This document shows positions 43,149 to 53,717 of a stretch of DNA of 64,000 nucleotides, one piece after another. A program made the translations under genes and the position numbers. This DNA comes from an uncultured delta proteobacterium (lineage in GTDB: Bacteria; Myxococcota_A; Polyangia; Fen-1088): the NCBI GenBank assembly GCA_963767925.1, contig CAVYGB010000010.1, forward strand, positions 1,184,001 through 1,248,000, read 5' to 3'. The notes under the pieces were generated by a model, which saw nothing but the letters and a program-made list of their open reading frames with translations, searched no databases and was not told where the DNA came from. Positions within the stretch are counted from its first letter, which is position 1. Every line of letters starts with the position of its first letter.

Positions 43149-45980
43149 ATGGGCCTCCCCTCCGTCGACGAGCTGATCGCCGCCGGTCCCGATCCCGAGG
43201 CGGCCGCTCCCGCCCTGGAGCGGTTCCGGGAGGCGGGCGGCCGGGTCCCCGACGGCGAGGACGGCCGGCGGCTGCTGGTGGCGATGTTGTCGAGCGGCAG
43301 CTACCTCGCCGGCCTGCTGCTGCCCGACCCCGGTCAGCTCGACCGGCTGCTGGCCGACCCCTGGCTGCGCCGGCGCAAGCCCCCCGAGCGGATGCTGGCC
43401 GACGTCGCCGCCAGCTGCCAGGAGGCGCGCGACCTGAAGGGGCTGCAGAAGGGGCTGCGCCGCTTCTCCCGCTGGGAGATGTTGCGCCTGGGGGCGCGCG
43501 AGATCGGCTGGGGCACCACCCTCGAGGTGGCGGCCGAGCTGTCCGCCCTGGCCGACGCCTGCCTGGCGCAGGCGGCCAGCGCCTGCGACCGGGACCTGCG
43601 CGGCGGGTTCGGCGCCCCCACCTCGAGCGATCGCCCGCCCTCGTTCGTGGTGCTCGGCATGGGCAAGCTGGGGGGCGAGGAGCTGAACTTCTCCTCCGAC
43701 GTCGACCTGGTCTATCTCTACTCCACCGACGAGGGGTCGGCGGGCAGCCTCAGCCTGCACGAATATTACGCCCGCCTGTCGCAGATGGTGACGCGCGCGC
43801 TGGGCGAGCCCACCGAGCTCGGCAACGTGTTCCGGGTCGATCTGCGGCTGCGGCCCGAGGGGCGCAGCGGGGCGATCTGCAACGCGCTGCCGGCGGCCGA
43901 GCGCTACTACGAGACCTTCGGGCGGACCTGGGAGCGGCAGGCGCTGCTGCGGGCCCGCCCCTGCGCGGGGGATCTCGCCCTGGGCCAGGAGTTCCTGCGC
44001 ATGGTCGAGCCCTTCGTCTACCCCCGGTCGATCGGACCGCAGGCGGTCGACGAGGTGCTGGCCCTGCGGCGCCTGTTCCGCACCCAGGCCGACCGGCAGG
44101 CGAGCGACGGCGAGGGCTTCGACGTCAAGCTGGGGGCGGGCGGGATCCGCGACGTCGAGCTGGTAGCGCAGCTCCTGCAGCTCCTGCACGCGGGCAAGCG
44201 GGCCGACCTGCGCGAGCGGAGCACCCTGCGGGCCCTGCACAAGCTCACCCTGGCCGGGCTGCTCACCGACCGCGAGCAGCGGGCGCTGGCGGACAATTAT
44301 CAGTTCCTGCGCCGGGTGGAGCACCGGATCCAGCTCGAGCACGGCAGCCAGACCCACGCCCTGCCCGCCGAGCCGGTGGGGCTCGAGCGCCTGGCCCGCC
44401 GGCTCGGTTACCCCGACGGGCCGGCCTTCACCGCCGACCTGGAGCGGCGCTGCGCGGTTGTGAGCGCCATCTCCGACACCCTCGGCGAGCCGGTCTCCGC
44501 TCCCCCGGCGGTGGTGCTGCGCCTGCTCGACCCCGCCTCGCGGCGCGCGCGCATCGAGGCCGACCTGCGCGAGGCCGGCTTTCACGACATCCCGGGCAGC
44601 GCCGACGCGCTCGAGCAGGTGCAGAACCGCCTGCCCGCCGCCTGGCTGAGCGAGATCCTCGCCTCGCCCGATCCCGACCGGGCGCTGGGGCACTTCCGCG
44701 ACCTGGCCCAGCGGGCGTCGGTGGGGCTGTACGCGCTGCTGCGGGACAACCCGACCCTGCTGCGCATGCTGGCCAGCCTGCTCGGCACCAGCGATCGCCT
44801 GTCGGGCCTCCTGCTCTCGCACCCCGAGCTGTGGGCCGCGCTGCTGGCCGACCTGGGCGCCCCCCGCCCCGATCCCGCGACCTGGCGGGCGGCCCTGCCG
44901 GCGCGCCTGGCGGGCAAGGACGAGGAGGAGGCCCTGCGCGAGATGCGCCGCTACCAGTCCGGGGAGATCCTGCGCATCGGGATCCACGACGTGGCCGGCA
45001 ACCTCGACGGACCGGAGGTCACCACCCAGCTCACCGGCCTGGCCGAGGTCTGCCTGGAGGCGGCCGTGCGCCAGGTGGCGGGGCGGCTGGCCGAGCGCTA
45101 CGGCGCCCCCCGGGCCGAGCTGGCCGTGCTGGCCCTCGGCAGCTTCGGGGCCCGCGAGACCCGCTACGGATCGGACCTCGACCTGGTCTTCCTGTTCTCG
45201 CAGCCCGGGACCACCGACAAGGGGATGGACCACCAGGAGTGGTTCGCCCGCCTGGCGCAGCGGCTGATCGGGGCGATGGGCGCGCTGCTCGACGAGGGCC
45301 GCCTGTACGAGGTCGACACGCGCCTGCGGCCCTCGGGCCAGCAGGGCCTGCTCGTCACCACCTACGCCTCGTTCGATCGCTACCACCAGGAGGACGCCGC
45401 CCCCTGGGAGCGGGTGGCCCTCCTGCGCGCCCGGCCGGTCTTCCTGGCCCACCTCGGCGCCGGGGCCGCGGGCGCGCCCGCCGAGCCGGCCCCCGACCTG
45501 CCCCGCCTGCTCGAGGAGGTGACCTACGAGCGGCCCCTCGACCTCGACCAGCTCCGCCACGACCTGCGCCACATGCGCGCGCGCATCGAGAAGGAGCGGG
45601 CCCGTCCGGGCCCCGGGGTGCTCCACCTGCGCTTTTCCCCCGGCGGCCTCACCGACCTCGAGTTCCTGGTGGCCTTCGAGCAGCTCCGGCGGGGACCGGC
45701 CGATCCCGGCCTGCGCACGGCGGTGCCCTACCTCGCCCTCCACCACCTCGTGCAGCGGGGCCTGGTCGAGGACGGCGAGGCCCTGCTCGACGACTACCGC
45801 TTCCTGCAGCGGGCGTCGCTGCGGCTGCGCCTGCTGCGCGACGAGCCCGACGACCGCCTCGACCCCCGCGACCACGACCGCCTCTCCCGCTCGCTCGGCC
45901 TGTCCCGGGAGGCCCTCCTCGACGAGCTGACCACCCGCATGACCCGCATCCGCAGCGTCTGGACCCGCGTCCTGGACTGA
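43149..45980 (+). CDS. glnE: bifunctional glutamine synthetase adenylyltransferase/adenylyl-removing enzyme
   Basis: Two nucleotidyltransferase modules: GMGKLGGEELNFSSDVD/VDLRLRPEG/WERQAL/GGIRDVE and LGSFGARETRYGSDLD/VDTRLRPSG/WERVAL/GGLTDLE. Confidence 0.95.
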   Translation: MGLPSVDELIAAGPDPEAAAPALERFREAGGRVPDGEDGRRLLVAMLSSGSYLAGLLLPDPGQLDRLLADPWLRRRKPPERMLADVAASCQEARDLKGLQKGLRRFSRWEMLRLGAREIGWGTTLEVAAELSALADACLAQAASACDRDLRGGFGAPTSSDRPPSFVVLGMGKLGGEELNFSSDVDLVYLYSTDEGSAGSLSLHEYYARLSQMVTRALGEPTELGNVFRVDLRLRPEGRSGAICNALPAAERYYETFGRTWERQALLRARPCAGDLALGQEFLRMVEPFVYPRSIGPQAVDEVLALRRLFRTQADRQASDGEGFDVKLGAGGIRDVELVAQLLQLLHAGKRADLRERSTLRALHKLTLAGLLTDREQRALADNYQFLRRVEHRIQLEHGSQTHALPAEPVGLERLARRLGYPDGPAFTADLERRCAVVSAISDTLGEPVSAPPAVVLRLLDPASRRARIEADLREAGFHDIPGSADALEQVQNRLPAAWLSEILASPDPDRALGHFRDLAQRASVGLYALLRDNPTLLRMLASLLGTSDRLSGLLLSHPELWAALLADLGAPRPDPATWRAALPARLAGKDEEEALREMRRYQSGEILRIGIHDVAGNLDGPEVTTQLTGLAEVCLEAAVRQVAGRLAERYGAPRAELAVLALGSFGARETRYGSDLDLVFLFSQPGTTDKGMDHQEWFARLAQRLIGAMGALLDEGRLYEVDTRLRPSGQQGLLVTTYASFDRYHQEDAAPWERVALLRARPVFLAHLGAGAAGAPAEPAPDLPRLLEEVTYERPLDLDQLRHDLRHMRARIEKERARPGPGVLHLRFSPGGLTDLEFLVAFEQLRRGPADPGLRTAVPYLALHHLVQRGLVEDGEALLDDYRFLQRASLRLRLLRDEPDDRLDPRDHDRLSRSLGLSREALLDELTTRMTRIRSVWTRVLD

Positions 45981-46136
45981 GAGGCGAGGGGCGGCGGGCG
46001 CCATTGCGCTGATATGGTAGCGGCTGGCGCGCCGAGACGGTTTCCATCGGCAGCCTGCCGAGGACCGCCGGGCAGACCTCGGCCGTTACGGAACACGCTC
46101 CTGGCTCACTTTGGTCCGGCTAGCGAACCCATTCCG

Positions 46137-47042
46137 TCACGATCTCGGCTTCGTCGAGGCCCAGGGCGTTGGCGATGCGATAGAGCGTCGACCGAGCGCG
46201 GCGCGCAGGTGGGCGAGCAGGGCGGGGACCAGGGTGCCGGCGGGGCCGGGCAGGAAGGCGCCTCTCGCCGAGGCGCGGGCCAGGGTGGCGAAGGTGGTCT
46301 CCTCGGGGTCGAGAACCAGCAGGTCGATCCCGCGCGTGGCGGCGCGCGCGCACATGCGGGCGGGCAGGGAAGTCGCGCCGCTGGTCCCCACCACCACGAG
46401 GAGGGCGGCGCGCTCGAGGGCGGCGAGGGTGCTCTGGTAGCGAAAGCGGGCCTCGTCGTAGCTCTCGTCGAACCACAGGACGTGGGGGCGCAGCCAGGCG
46501 CCGCAGCCGCAGCGCAGGTGGCGCCGGTCGGGGTCGGTCAGCGCCCGGTCCCGGTCCCAGGCGGCGTCGATCGCCGCTGGCAGGGGGCGCGGCGTCTCCC
46601 CGGCGGGGCAGTCGTCGACGCAGCGGCAGAAGTCGATGTTGCCGTGGATCTGGTAGGTGCGCGCAAGCGACTGCCCCGCGCGCAGGTGCAGCCCATCGAC
46701 GTTCTGGGTGACAAGCAGGAAGCGGTCGCCCAGCAGCGCTTCGGCCTCGACCAGGGCGGCGTGGGCCGGGTTGGGCCGGGCCGCCCGGCACACCGAGCGC
46801 CGGTAGAGGTACCAGCGCCACACCTCCTCCGGCATGTCGTCGAACGCACGGCGGGTGGCCAGTTCCATCGGCTGGTAGTTGCGCGATCCGACCTGCCAGT
46901 ACCCCTCCTCGCCCCGGAAGGTCGGCACCCCGCTCTCGGCCGAGATGCCCGCTCCGGTGAGAAACACGAGGGGGCCCGGCGCGCGCAGGCAGTCCGTCAG
47001 GGAGACGCCTTCGAGCGCGGAGTCGCCGGGAGCGCGGCCCAT
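46137..47042 (-). CDS. cobB: NAD-dependent protein deacylase (sirtuin)
   Basis: TGAGISAESGVPTFRG, PNPAH, TQNVDGLH, IHGN, LRPHVLWFDE, VGTSG. Confidence 0.9.
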   Translation of the reverse strand: MGRAPGDSALEGVSLTDCLRAPGPLVFLTGAGISAESGVPTFRGEEGYWQVGSRNYQPMELATRRAFDDMPEEVWRWYLYRRSVCRAARPNPAHAALVEAEALLGDRFLLVTQNVDGLHLRAGQSLARTYQIHGNIDFCRCVDDCPAGETPRPLPAAIDAAWDRDRALTDPDRRHLRCGCGAWLRPHVLWFDESYDEARFRYQSTLAALERAALLVVVGTSGATSLPARMCARAATRGIDLLVLDPEETTFATLARASARGAFLPGPAGTLVPALLAHLRAALGRRSIASPTPWASTKPRS

Positions 47043-47094
47043 CGGGGCAAGGTTAGCGCAGCGTCAGCCCAAGTTCAGCGCACGTCCGCGCGCC

Positions 47095-47694
47095 TCAGGC
47101 GCGCCGGAAGATCAGGGTCTGGTTGTTGGCGGGCATCGGCACCCGCTCCTCGAGCGCGAGGCCATAGGTCGCGGCCAGCGCGACGACCGTCTCCAGATCC
47201 CGCACGCCCCAGCGGGGATCGCGCTGGCGCAGGTCGGCGTCGAAGGCGGCGTTGCTGGGGGCGGTGTGGGCGCCGTCGATGCGGAAGGGGCCGTACAGGA
47301 TCAGGACCCCGCCGGGGACGAGGGCGGCGCCGGCGCCGCGCAGGAGGCCCTCGGTCGCGGCCTCGGGCGAGATGTGGATCAGGTTGGCGTTGAAGATCGC
47401 CTCCACCTTCGCCACTGGCCAGGGCTGCTCGGTGACGTCGAGGTGCAGCGGCGGGCGCAGGTTGGCCAGGCCGGCCTCGGCGCTCCAGGCGGCGATCGAG
47501 TCGAGCGCGCCCGGGTCCCGGTCGCTCGGCTGCCAGATCAGGCCCGGGAGCTGCTGGGCGAACCAGACGGCGTGTTCGCCGGTGCCGCTCGCGATCTCGA
47601 GCAGCGTGCCCGAAGGCGGCAGGACCCGCTGCAGGACCTGCCAGATGGGGTCGCGGTTGCGGGCGGTGGCGGGGGCGTGTTGCCGGGGGGACAT
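47095..47694 (-). CDS. DUF938 family SAM-dependent methyltransferase
   Basis: HAPATARNRDPI, LEIASGTGEH, WQPSD, YGPF, SNAAFDADLR, WGVRD, MPANN. Confidence 0.9.
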   Translation of the reverse strand: MSPRQHAPATARNRDPIWQVLQRVLPPSGTLLEIASGTGEHAVWFAQQLPGLIWQPSDRDPGALDSIAAWSAEAGLANLRPPLHLDVTEQPWPVAKVEAIFNANLIHISPEAATEGLLRGAGAALVPGGVLILYGPFRIDGAHTAPSNAAFDADLRQRDPRWGVRDLETVVALAATYGLALEERVPMPANNQTLIFRRA

Positions 47695-47701
47695 GGGGGC
47701 C

Positions 47702-49831
47702 TCACTCGTGGTGTACGACGACAAGGGTCTCGACCCGCTTCAGGATCGCCTCCAGCACCGCGGCGGCCGTCTCGCCGTCGACCGCGGCCAGCGCCTCGTC
47801 GAGGACGTGCAGATCGGACTGCTGCAACAGGGCCCGGGCCACGAAGACCCGGCTCTGCTCGCCCTGGGAGAGCTGCCAGCCGCTGTCGCCGACGAGCTGG
47901 GCGATCCCGGCCGGCATCTTGTCGAGGACGGCGCCCAGGCCCAGGGCCCGGCAGACCTCGTCGGCGGCCTTGACGTCGGCGATGAGGGGCGGCCAGCGGC
48001 GGCCCAGCAGCAGGTTGAACAGCAGCGGGGCCGACATCATGTGGTTCTCGTGGAACTGGGGCACCAGCGCCACCTGCTGCCGCCAGGCGGTCAACCCCAG
48101 GCTGTGGTGGTCGATCCCCCGGTAGAGCAACACGCCGGCGCTGGGGGTGCGCAGGCCCGTCAGGAGGGCGGCGAGGGTCGACTTGCCGCTGCCCGAGGGC
48201 CCCTGCACGAGGACGCGGTCGCCCCGCCGGATCTCGAAGCTCGAGTCGGCGAGCACCGGCTCGCTGCGGCCGGCGTGCCGGAACTCGATCCGGTGGGCAA
48301 CGAGGGAGGGCCGCTCGCTGCCCCGGTCGGGCAGGCCCACCGCCTCGGCGGCGGCGATCGAGGGCGGCCGCTCCTGGCGGGCGGCCGCCTGGAAGATCTC
48401 GCGGGTGCGGGCCAGCGCCACCGCCGCCCCCGCCAGCACCGAGGTGACCGAGGCCAGCCGCCGGAACGAGACGTACCCCAGCAGCAGCCCGCCGAGGCCG
48501 ATGGCGGCCGGCCCGCCGGCGAGCTGTCCGGGGATCAGCAGGGCGCCCAGCAGGCATAACCCCAGCACCAGCCAGCCCCGGGGGGCCACCGCCTGCAGGA
48601 GGGCCAGCCGGTCGTGCAGCCGCGCGCCCGAGCGTTCGTATTCCAGCAGGGCGTGGTCCTCGCCCCGGTGCCGCTGCTCCGGGGAGAGCTGGGCCAGCAC
48701 CGTGCGGTGGCCGAGGATCTTCTCGCACAGCTCGTGGGTCAGCGACAGCCGGTCGGCGGTCCAGGCCTCGAGCGCCCGCCAGTACCAGGCCACCAGCAGC
48801 ACCATCCCGGCCAGCCCCAGCCCACCGAGCAGGAGGGCGGGCGCCCAGCCCACCGCCAGCGCGAGCAGGCCGGTCGCCATGACGAGCTGGATCGCCGACA
48901 TGATGGCGGGGTGGCCCCCGCCCCGGGCCAGCGTCTCCATCGCCTCGACCTCCAGGACGGCGCCGAACCAGTGGCCCAGGCCGTGCCGGCGCACCTGCTC
49001 GAGATCGAGGTGCAAGATCCCCTCGAGCAGGCGCTCGCGCATCAGCGCCCCCAGGTAGACCGCCAGCTCGCCCACCGCGAGCTGGGCCCAGGCCCGCAGG
49101 CTGACCAGGGTGGCGAGCACGAGCACCCAGGCCCACAGCCAGGCCGGCTGCACCCGCCCCTGCAGGAGCGAGCCGCCCACCAGCCACCAGCCGGCGAGGA
49201 ACAGCAGCAGGTGCCCCACGCTGCCGGCGAGGGCCACCGCGATCAGGCGGCCGGCGCCCACCCGGCGCAGCCGATCGCGAAAGCCGGTCCCCGCCGGGTC
49301 GAGCAGCCAGGTGGTCAGCGGCGCCGGCGGGGTGCCGTGCCCGCGCGCCAGCACCGCCGCCACCCGGGCGGCCGGCTCCGGCGGCAGGCCGAGCTCGCCC
49401 TCCCGCGCGTCGAGCGGGCGCCGGGCGCCGTCTCCGGCGGGCGGGGCGGCCAGCCGGTCGAGCGACTGCAGGAAGGCCGCCGGGCAGCCCACCCAGCGGC
49501 CGGGGGCCACGAAGGTGGCGAGCGGCTGGCCGGGGCGGGCGGGCGCCAGCGACCGGCGCAGCACGAGGACCCGATCGGGCCCGGGCAGCGCCACGACCAC
49601 GACACCCCGGCGCGGGACCAGCTCCACCAGATCTTCGACCGGGGTCAGCAACGGATCGGCGCGCAGGCCGACCGCGTGGGCGCTGGCCTCGAGCCAGAGG
49701 GAAAAGCCGCTGGCGAAGGCCGGCACGGCGCCGGCGGCCGCCCCGCGCCCGTACAGCGCCTCGATCACCTCGGGCAGGCGCGCGCGCGGCCAGGACAGAG
49801 CGAACAGCGACTCGCCGACCGGGGTGGCCAT
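47702..49831 (-). CDS. ABC exporter (TMD+NBD) with an N-terminal extension lacking C39 catalytic motifs
   Basis: ATG 49831 abuts the upstream stop; TM region; GPSGSGKST, VPQFHEN, LSQGEQSR, VLDEA. Confidence 0.88.
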   Translation of the reverse strand: MATPVGESLFALSWPRARLPEVIEALYGRGAAAGAVPAFASGFSLWLEASAHAVGLRADPLLTPVEDLVELVPRRGVVVVALPGPDRVLVLRRSLAPARPGQPLATFVAPGRWVGCPAAFLQSLDRLAAPPAGDGARRPLDAREGELGLPPEPAARVAAVLARGHGTPPAPLTTWLLDPAGTGFRDRLRRVGAGRLIAVALAGSVGHLLLFLAGWWLVGGSLLQGRVQPAWLWAWVLVLATLVSLRAWAQLAVGELAVYLGALMRERLLEGILHLDLEQVRRHGLGHWFGAVLEVEAMETLARGGGHPAIMSAIQLVMATGLLALAVGWAPALLLGGLGLAGMVLLVAWYWRALEAWTADRLSLTHELCEKILGHRTVLAQLSPEQRHRGEDHALLEYERSGARLHDRLALLQAVAPRGWLVLGLCLLGALLIPGQLAGGPAAIGLGGLLLGYVSFRRLASVTSVLAGAAVALARTREIFQAAARQERPPSIAAAEAVGLPDRGSERPSLVAHRIEFRHAGRSEPVLADSSFEIRRGDRVLVQGPSGSGKSTLAALLTGLRTPSAGVLLYRGIDHHSLGLTAWRQQVALVPQFHENHMMSAPLLFNLLLGRRWPPLIADVKAADEVCRALGLGAVLDKMPAGIAQLVGDSGWQLSQGEQSRVFVARALLQQSDLHVLDEALAAVDGETAAAVLEAILKRVETLVVVHHE

Positions 49832-52539
49832 CAGCGCCCGGTGCCCCCGGCCTCGTCGCGCCCGGCGGTGACCTTGCGGCCCGAGACCCGCAAGGTCGCC
49901 GAGGTGACCGCCCGCAGGCGCTCGGCCATCGCCGTCCCGGCGTCGACCATGGCCCGCAGGCGCGAGTCGGGTCGGGCCAGCAGGGCGGCGGGCGGGCCGT
50001 CCTCGACAACCCGGCCGCCGTCGACCACGAGGAGCCGCGGGAACGAGGCCGCCTCCTGCAGATCGTGGGTGGCATAGAGGAGGGTCGCGCGGGCGAAGCG
50101 CTGGCGGGCCCGGGCCAGCAGGCGCGCGCGCCGGTCGCGCTCGAGGCCCCGGAAGGCCTCGTCGAGCAGGACCAGGCGCGCCCCCCGCCGGTGCAGGGCG
50201 CGGCCGAAGCGGACCCGCTGCCCCTCCCCGCCCGACAGCAGCCGGCCCCCCTCGCCCAGCCCGGTGGCGAACCCCTGCGGCAGCCGGGCGAGCACCTCGG
50301 CCAGCTCGGCGTCCTCCACCAGGCCGCCCGGGTCGGCGTCGGCGGGCCCGCCGAAGCGCAGGTTGTCGAGCAAGCCCTGGTTCCAGAGCTGCACGCCCGG
50401 CTCGGACCAGGCCATCTGCGGGCGCAGCCGCTCGAGCGCCGCCGCCGTGAGCGGCTGGCCGTCGACCCGCACCACGCCCTCGGTCGGATCGACCCAGCCC
50501 AGCAGCAGCCCGAACAGACTGGACTTGCCCGCCCCCGAGGGCCCCACCACCGCCAGGTGCTCGCCGGCCCGGATCTCCAGCGCCGGCAGCTCGAGCAAGG
50601 TCCGCCCCGCCACCTCCGCCCGCACGCCCGACAGCGACAGGGCCACCCCCGCCGTGACATCGGCGGGGCCCGGGCCCGAAGGCGCGCCGTTGCCCAGATC
50701 CACCTCGGGCGCGCTCAGCGGCTCGAGCAAGCGCAAGGTGACGTTGCGCTGGGCCGGCAGCTGCTGCACCAGGAAGGCGATCTCCCGGCCGATCTCGGGC
50801 AGCGACATCGACCAGTAGATGATCAGCAGGGCCCAGCCGGAGGTGCCCGACGCGAGGTAGTCGAGCAGCAGCACCGCCGAGAGGGTCGACCCCACCAGCA
50901 AGGTCGCCGTCTCGGCCGCCACCGCGGTCCCCAGGGCCGAGCGGGCCGAGCGGGCCCACTCGATCAGCCGGTCGTCGTGGTCGCGCAGGATCGGGCGGGA
51001 GGCGCCGTGAGCGCGCAGCGCGGTCAGCCCCTGGAGGGCGTCGAGGTAGTAGCGGGCCAGGGCGCCGGCGTGGGTGCGCAGGCGCAGGTCGGCCTCGCCG
51101 AGGGCCGGCTGGAACAGCCAGGGCACCGCCACGATCGACGCCGCCGCCAGCAGGGTCCAGCCCACCCCGCCCGGGTGCAGCCAGCACAGGCCCACCACCG
51201 TGGCAACGAGCTGGGCCGCCGCGAAGAACAGGTTGCCCGCCAGCGGCGGCAACAGGGACAGCCGGTGGCCGAGGTGGGCCCGCTCGATCATGTCGGAGGC
51301 CGGCCGGCTGCGAAAGTAGCCGTCGGCCAGCCGGGGGATCTTGCGCAGGTACTCCCGGCGCATGCGCAGCTCGAGCCGCCGCCCGCTGCCCCACAGCGAG
51401 CGGATGGCCGTCCAGTCGATCAGCCCGACGGTGGCGATGAGGATCAGCAGCGCGCCGAGGGCCAGCAGCCGCTGCCGGAACTCGCCCAGGTAGGTGCCCA
51501 GGTCCACCAGGCTCCGCAGCAACAGGGCCTCGGCCACGGTGGCGACGCCGACGACCGCCAGCAGGGCGGCCGCTCCCACCAGCGTCGTCCAGCCGTCGGC
51601 GCGCAGCAGCCGCCAGAGCTGGCGGGCGGGGCGCTCCCGATCGGCGGCGAGGGCGGCGGCCAGCGCGGGGACCGGCTTGCCCGGCTGCCCCTCGACCTCG
51701 CCGACGCCTTCACCTTCGCGCTTCACCGCCCCGGCCGGGGCCTGCACCCCCCGCACCTGCAGGATGACCGCGCCGCGCACGGCGACCTCGTCGCTGCCGG
51801 CGGGGCCCGGGCGCGCGGTCCACCAGCGCTCGCCCACGAGATCGTTGGGCCGCTGGCCGGCGGCGCGGGTGTGGGCCCAGAGCCGTTCCCACAGCGCCCG
51901 CCGCTGGGCGCTGCCCAGGTCCACCTCGCGGGCGGCGGTCTCGACGGCGCGGGTGACCCCGTCGAGGGCCGCCCAGGTCGTCCAGTCCTCGGCGGCGGCG
52001 GGGGAGCAGACCTCCGCGGTCCGGCCCGCGCCGAGGAGGTCCGCGAGGCGGTGGCGCAAGGGATCCCGGAAGGGAGGAGTGGCCGTCACCTCGGCCAGCG
52101 CCGCGGCGGGCACCGCCGTCTCGTGGATGTAGAGGTCGCGCAGCAGCGTCGCCGGGCGCATCCAGCGCCGCCCCTTGGCCGGATCGGACACCTGCACGAA
52201 GGGGCCGACCCGGCGCCAGATCACGAGGAAGTGCAACATGCGCGAGGCCTGCAGCACCACCGCCAGCGCCGGCAGGGCGTCCGCGGCCGGATCGAGCAGG
52301 TGCTCGCCCGGCAGCAGGACCTGCTCGGCCTCCAGCCCCAGCATCCCGGCCACCTCCCCGAGCGTGTCGATCGAGGTGCCGTCGACGCTGGTGTGGCAGG
52401 CCTCGCGCAGGCGCCCGTAGCTGACCGGGACCCCGAAGCCCTCGAGCAGGATCTTCAGGGCGGCCGGACCGCAGTCCATCGCCGAGGTCTGCACCACCTC
52501 CGGCGCCAGGAACCGGCGCTTGCCCGGGCCCTCGCTCAC
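49831..52539 (-). CDS. peptidase C39-containing ABC transporter (PCAT)
   Basis: QTSAMDCGPAAL (Gln/Cys), HFLVI (His), SDPAKG (Asp); TM region; GPSGAGKSS, LSGGEGQR, LLDEA, THD. Confidence 0.92.
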   Translation of the reverse strand: MSEGPGKRRFLAPEVVQTSAMDCGPAALKILLEGFGVPVSYGRLREACHTSVDGTSIDTLGEVAGMLGLEAEQVLLPGEHLLDPAADALPALAVVLQASRMLHFLVIWRRVGPFVQVSDPAKGRRWMRPATLLRDLYIHETAVPAAALAEVTATPPFRDPLRHRLADLLGAGRTAEVCSPAAAEDWTTWAALDGVTRAVETAAREVDLGSAQRRALWERLWAHTRAAGQRPNDLVGERWWTARPGPAGSDEVAVRGAVILQVRGVQAPAGAVKREGEGVGEVEGQPGKPVPALAAALAADRERPARQLWRLLRADGWTTLVGAAALLAVVGVATVAEALLLRSLVDLGTYLGEFRQRLLALGALLILIATVGLIDWTAIRSLWGSGRRLELRMRREYLRKIPRLADGYFRSRPASDMIERAHLGHRLSLLPPLAGNLFFAAAQLVATVVGLCWLHPGGVGWTLLAAASIVAVPWLFQPALGEADLRLRTHAGALARYYLDALQGLTALRAHGASRPILRDHDDRLIEWARSARSALGTAVAAETATLLVGSTLSAVLLLDYLASGTSGWALLIIYWSMSLPEIGREIAFLVQQLPAQRNVTLRLLEPLSAPEVDLGNGAPSGPGPADVTAGVALSLSGVRAEVAGRTLLELPALEIRAGEHLAVVGPSGAGKSSLFGLLLGWVDPTEGVVRVDGQPLTAAALERLRPQMAWSEPGVQLWNQGLLDNLRFGGPADADPGGLVEDAELAEVLARLPQGFATGLGEGGRLLSGGEGQRVRFGRALHRRGARLVLLDEAFRGLERDRRARLLARARQRFARATLLYATHDLQEAASFPRLLVVDGGRVVEDGPPAALLARPDSRLRAMVDAGTAMAERLRAVTSATLRVSGRKVTAGRDEAGGTGR

Positions 52540-53717
52540 CGGGCCTGGTCCTCGACTACCGCGCCGGTGTGGTCCCGCCGGTCGAGGAAGCGGCCGGCGG
52601 CGTCGAGCAGCAGCGAGGCCGGCGAGAGGTGATCCACCTCGACCTCCACCAGGCCGGCCAGGCCGTGCTGGACCGGGATGGGCAGCCCGGCCTCGGGGTT
52701 GGCCAGCGCCAGCTCGACCCGCACCAGCCCCTCGCTGGCCTCGTTGCCGACGCTGAGCACGCGCGTGTCGACCATGCCGAACTTGGTCCAGGGGAAGCCA
52801 TACAGGCGCAGGCGCCCCGGCTGCCCCGGGCGCACCCGGCCCACCGCCGCCGCCGCCTCGAAGCGGGCGGTCACTCGCAGCTCGCCGGGCGGGACCACCG
52901 TCGCCACCCGGGCCCCCTCCTTGAGGACGCTGCCGGGGCGGAGCGCATCCATGGCCCCCACCCGCCCCGCCACCGGGGCCCGGAGGGTGCGCAGCTCGAT
53001 CTCCCGCTCGTGCACCTTGCTGCGGGCCCGGGCCAGCACCTGGTCGGCCTCGAGCGCGCCGATCTGGGCCTCCAGCCGGGACAGCGAGGCCAGCCGCTCG
53101 GAGCGGCGGACCTGGTGCTCGCGGCCGATCCGCTCGATGCCGACCTCCTGGGCCTTGACCTCCTCGCGCAGGCGCTGGGCCTCGGCGAGGTAGCGGCTCG
53201 ACTCGAGCTGGGAGACGTATTGCCCCCTCGACAGCGATTCGATCTGATCGCTCTCCGCCGCCTTGAGCTGGGCCATGGCCTCCTCGGCCCGCTTGCGCGC
53301 GACGGCCTCGTTTTCGGTGGCCACCGCGACGTCGCTCTCGAAGGTCGCGCCGCGCACCCGCTCGGCCAGCTCCTTGCGGAGCGAGACGATCTGGGGGCCC
53401 AGGGTGTCGACCCGCTGCCGCTCGGCCGCCAGCAGCAAGCGCATCGGCTCGACGTCGAGCTCGACCAGCACGTCGCCCGCCGCCACCGTCTGCCCCATCA
53501 CCGCCCGCACCGCCACCACCGGCCCGGTCACCGGCGAGTCGACGTGGCTGGGCGCGGCGTCGACCTCCAGCCGGGCCTCGCGCGAGAGCGCATAGACCGA
53601 CACCCGGCTGCCGAAGAACCAGGCCCCCCAGAGCAGCAACAGGCCCCCGCCGAGCAGCACCGGGAGGCGCAGCTTCGGCCGCCGCCGCTCGAGCGCTGCC
53701 GCGAAGTCGGTGAACAC
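52536..53717 (-). CDS. HlyD-family membrane fusion protein
   Basis: N-terminal TM helix; SPVTGPV...GQTVAAGDVLVELD, coiled coil, LRAPVAGRV, VRPGQ...GFPWTKFG. Start uncertain. Confidence 0.9.
   Translation of the reverse strand: MFTDFAAALERRRPKLRLPVLLGGGLLLLWGAWFFGSRVSVYALSREARLEVDAAPSHVDSPVTGPVVAVRAVMGQTVAAGDVLVELDVEPMRLLLAAERQRVDTLGPQIVSLRKELAERVRGATFESDVAVATENEAVARKRAEEAMAQLKAAESDQIESLSRGQYVSQLESSRYLAEAQRLREEVKAQEVGIERIGREHQVRRSERLASLSRLEAQIGALEADQVLARARSKVHEREIELRTLRAPVAGRVGAMDALRPGSVLKEGARVATVVPPGELRVTARFEAAAAVGRVRPGQPGRLRLYGFPWTKFGMVDTRVLSVGNEASEGLVRVELALANPEAGLPIPVQHGLAGLVEVEVDHLSPASLLLDAAGRFLDRRDHTGAVVEDQAR

Noticed and set aside
46137..47042. Sir2-type anti-phage effector (Thoeris/DSR)
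   Set aside because: It has the classic CobB deacylase motifs and size, with no defence partner gene adjacent.
47538..51394. 1040-aa and 1230-aa ORFs over the ABC genes
   Set aside because: Arg/Pro/Gly-rich shadow frames typical of high-GC DNA. The real second ABC gene starts at 49831.
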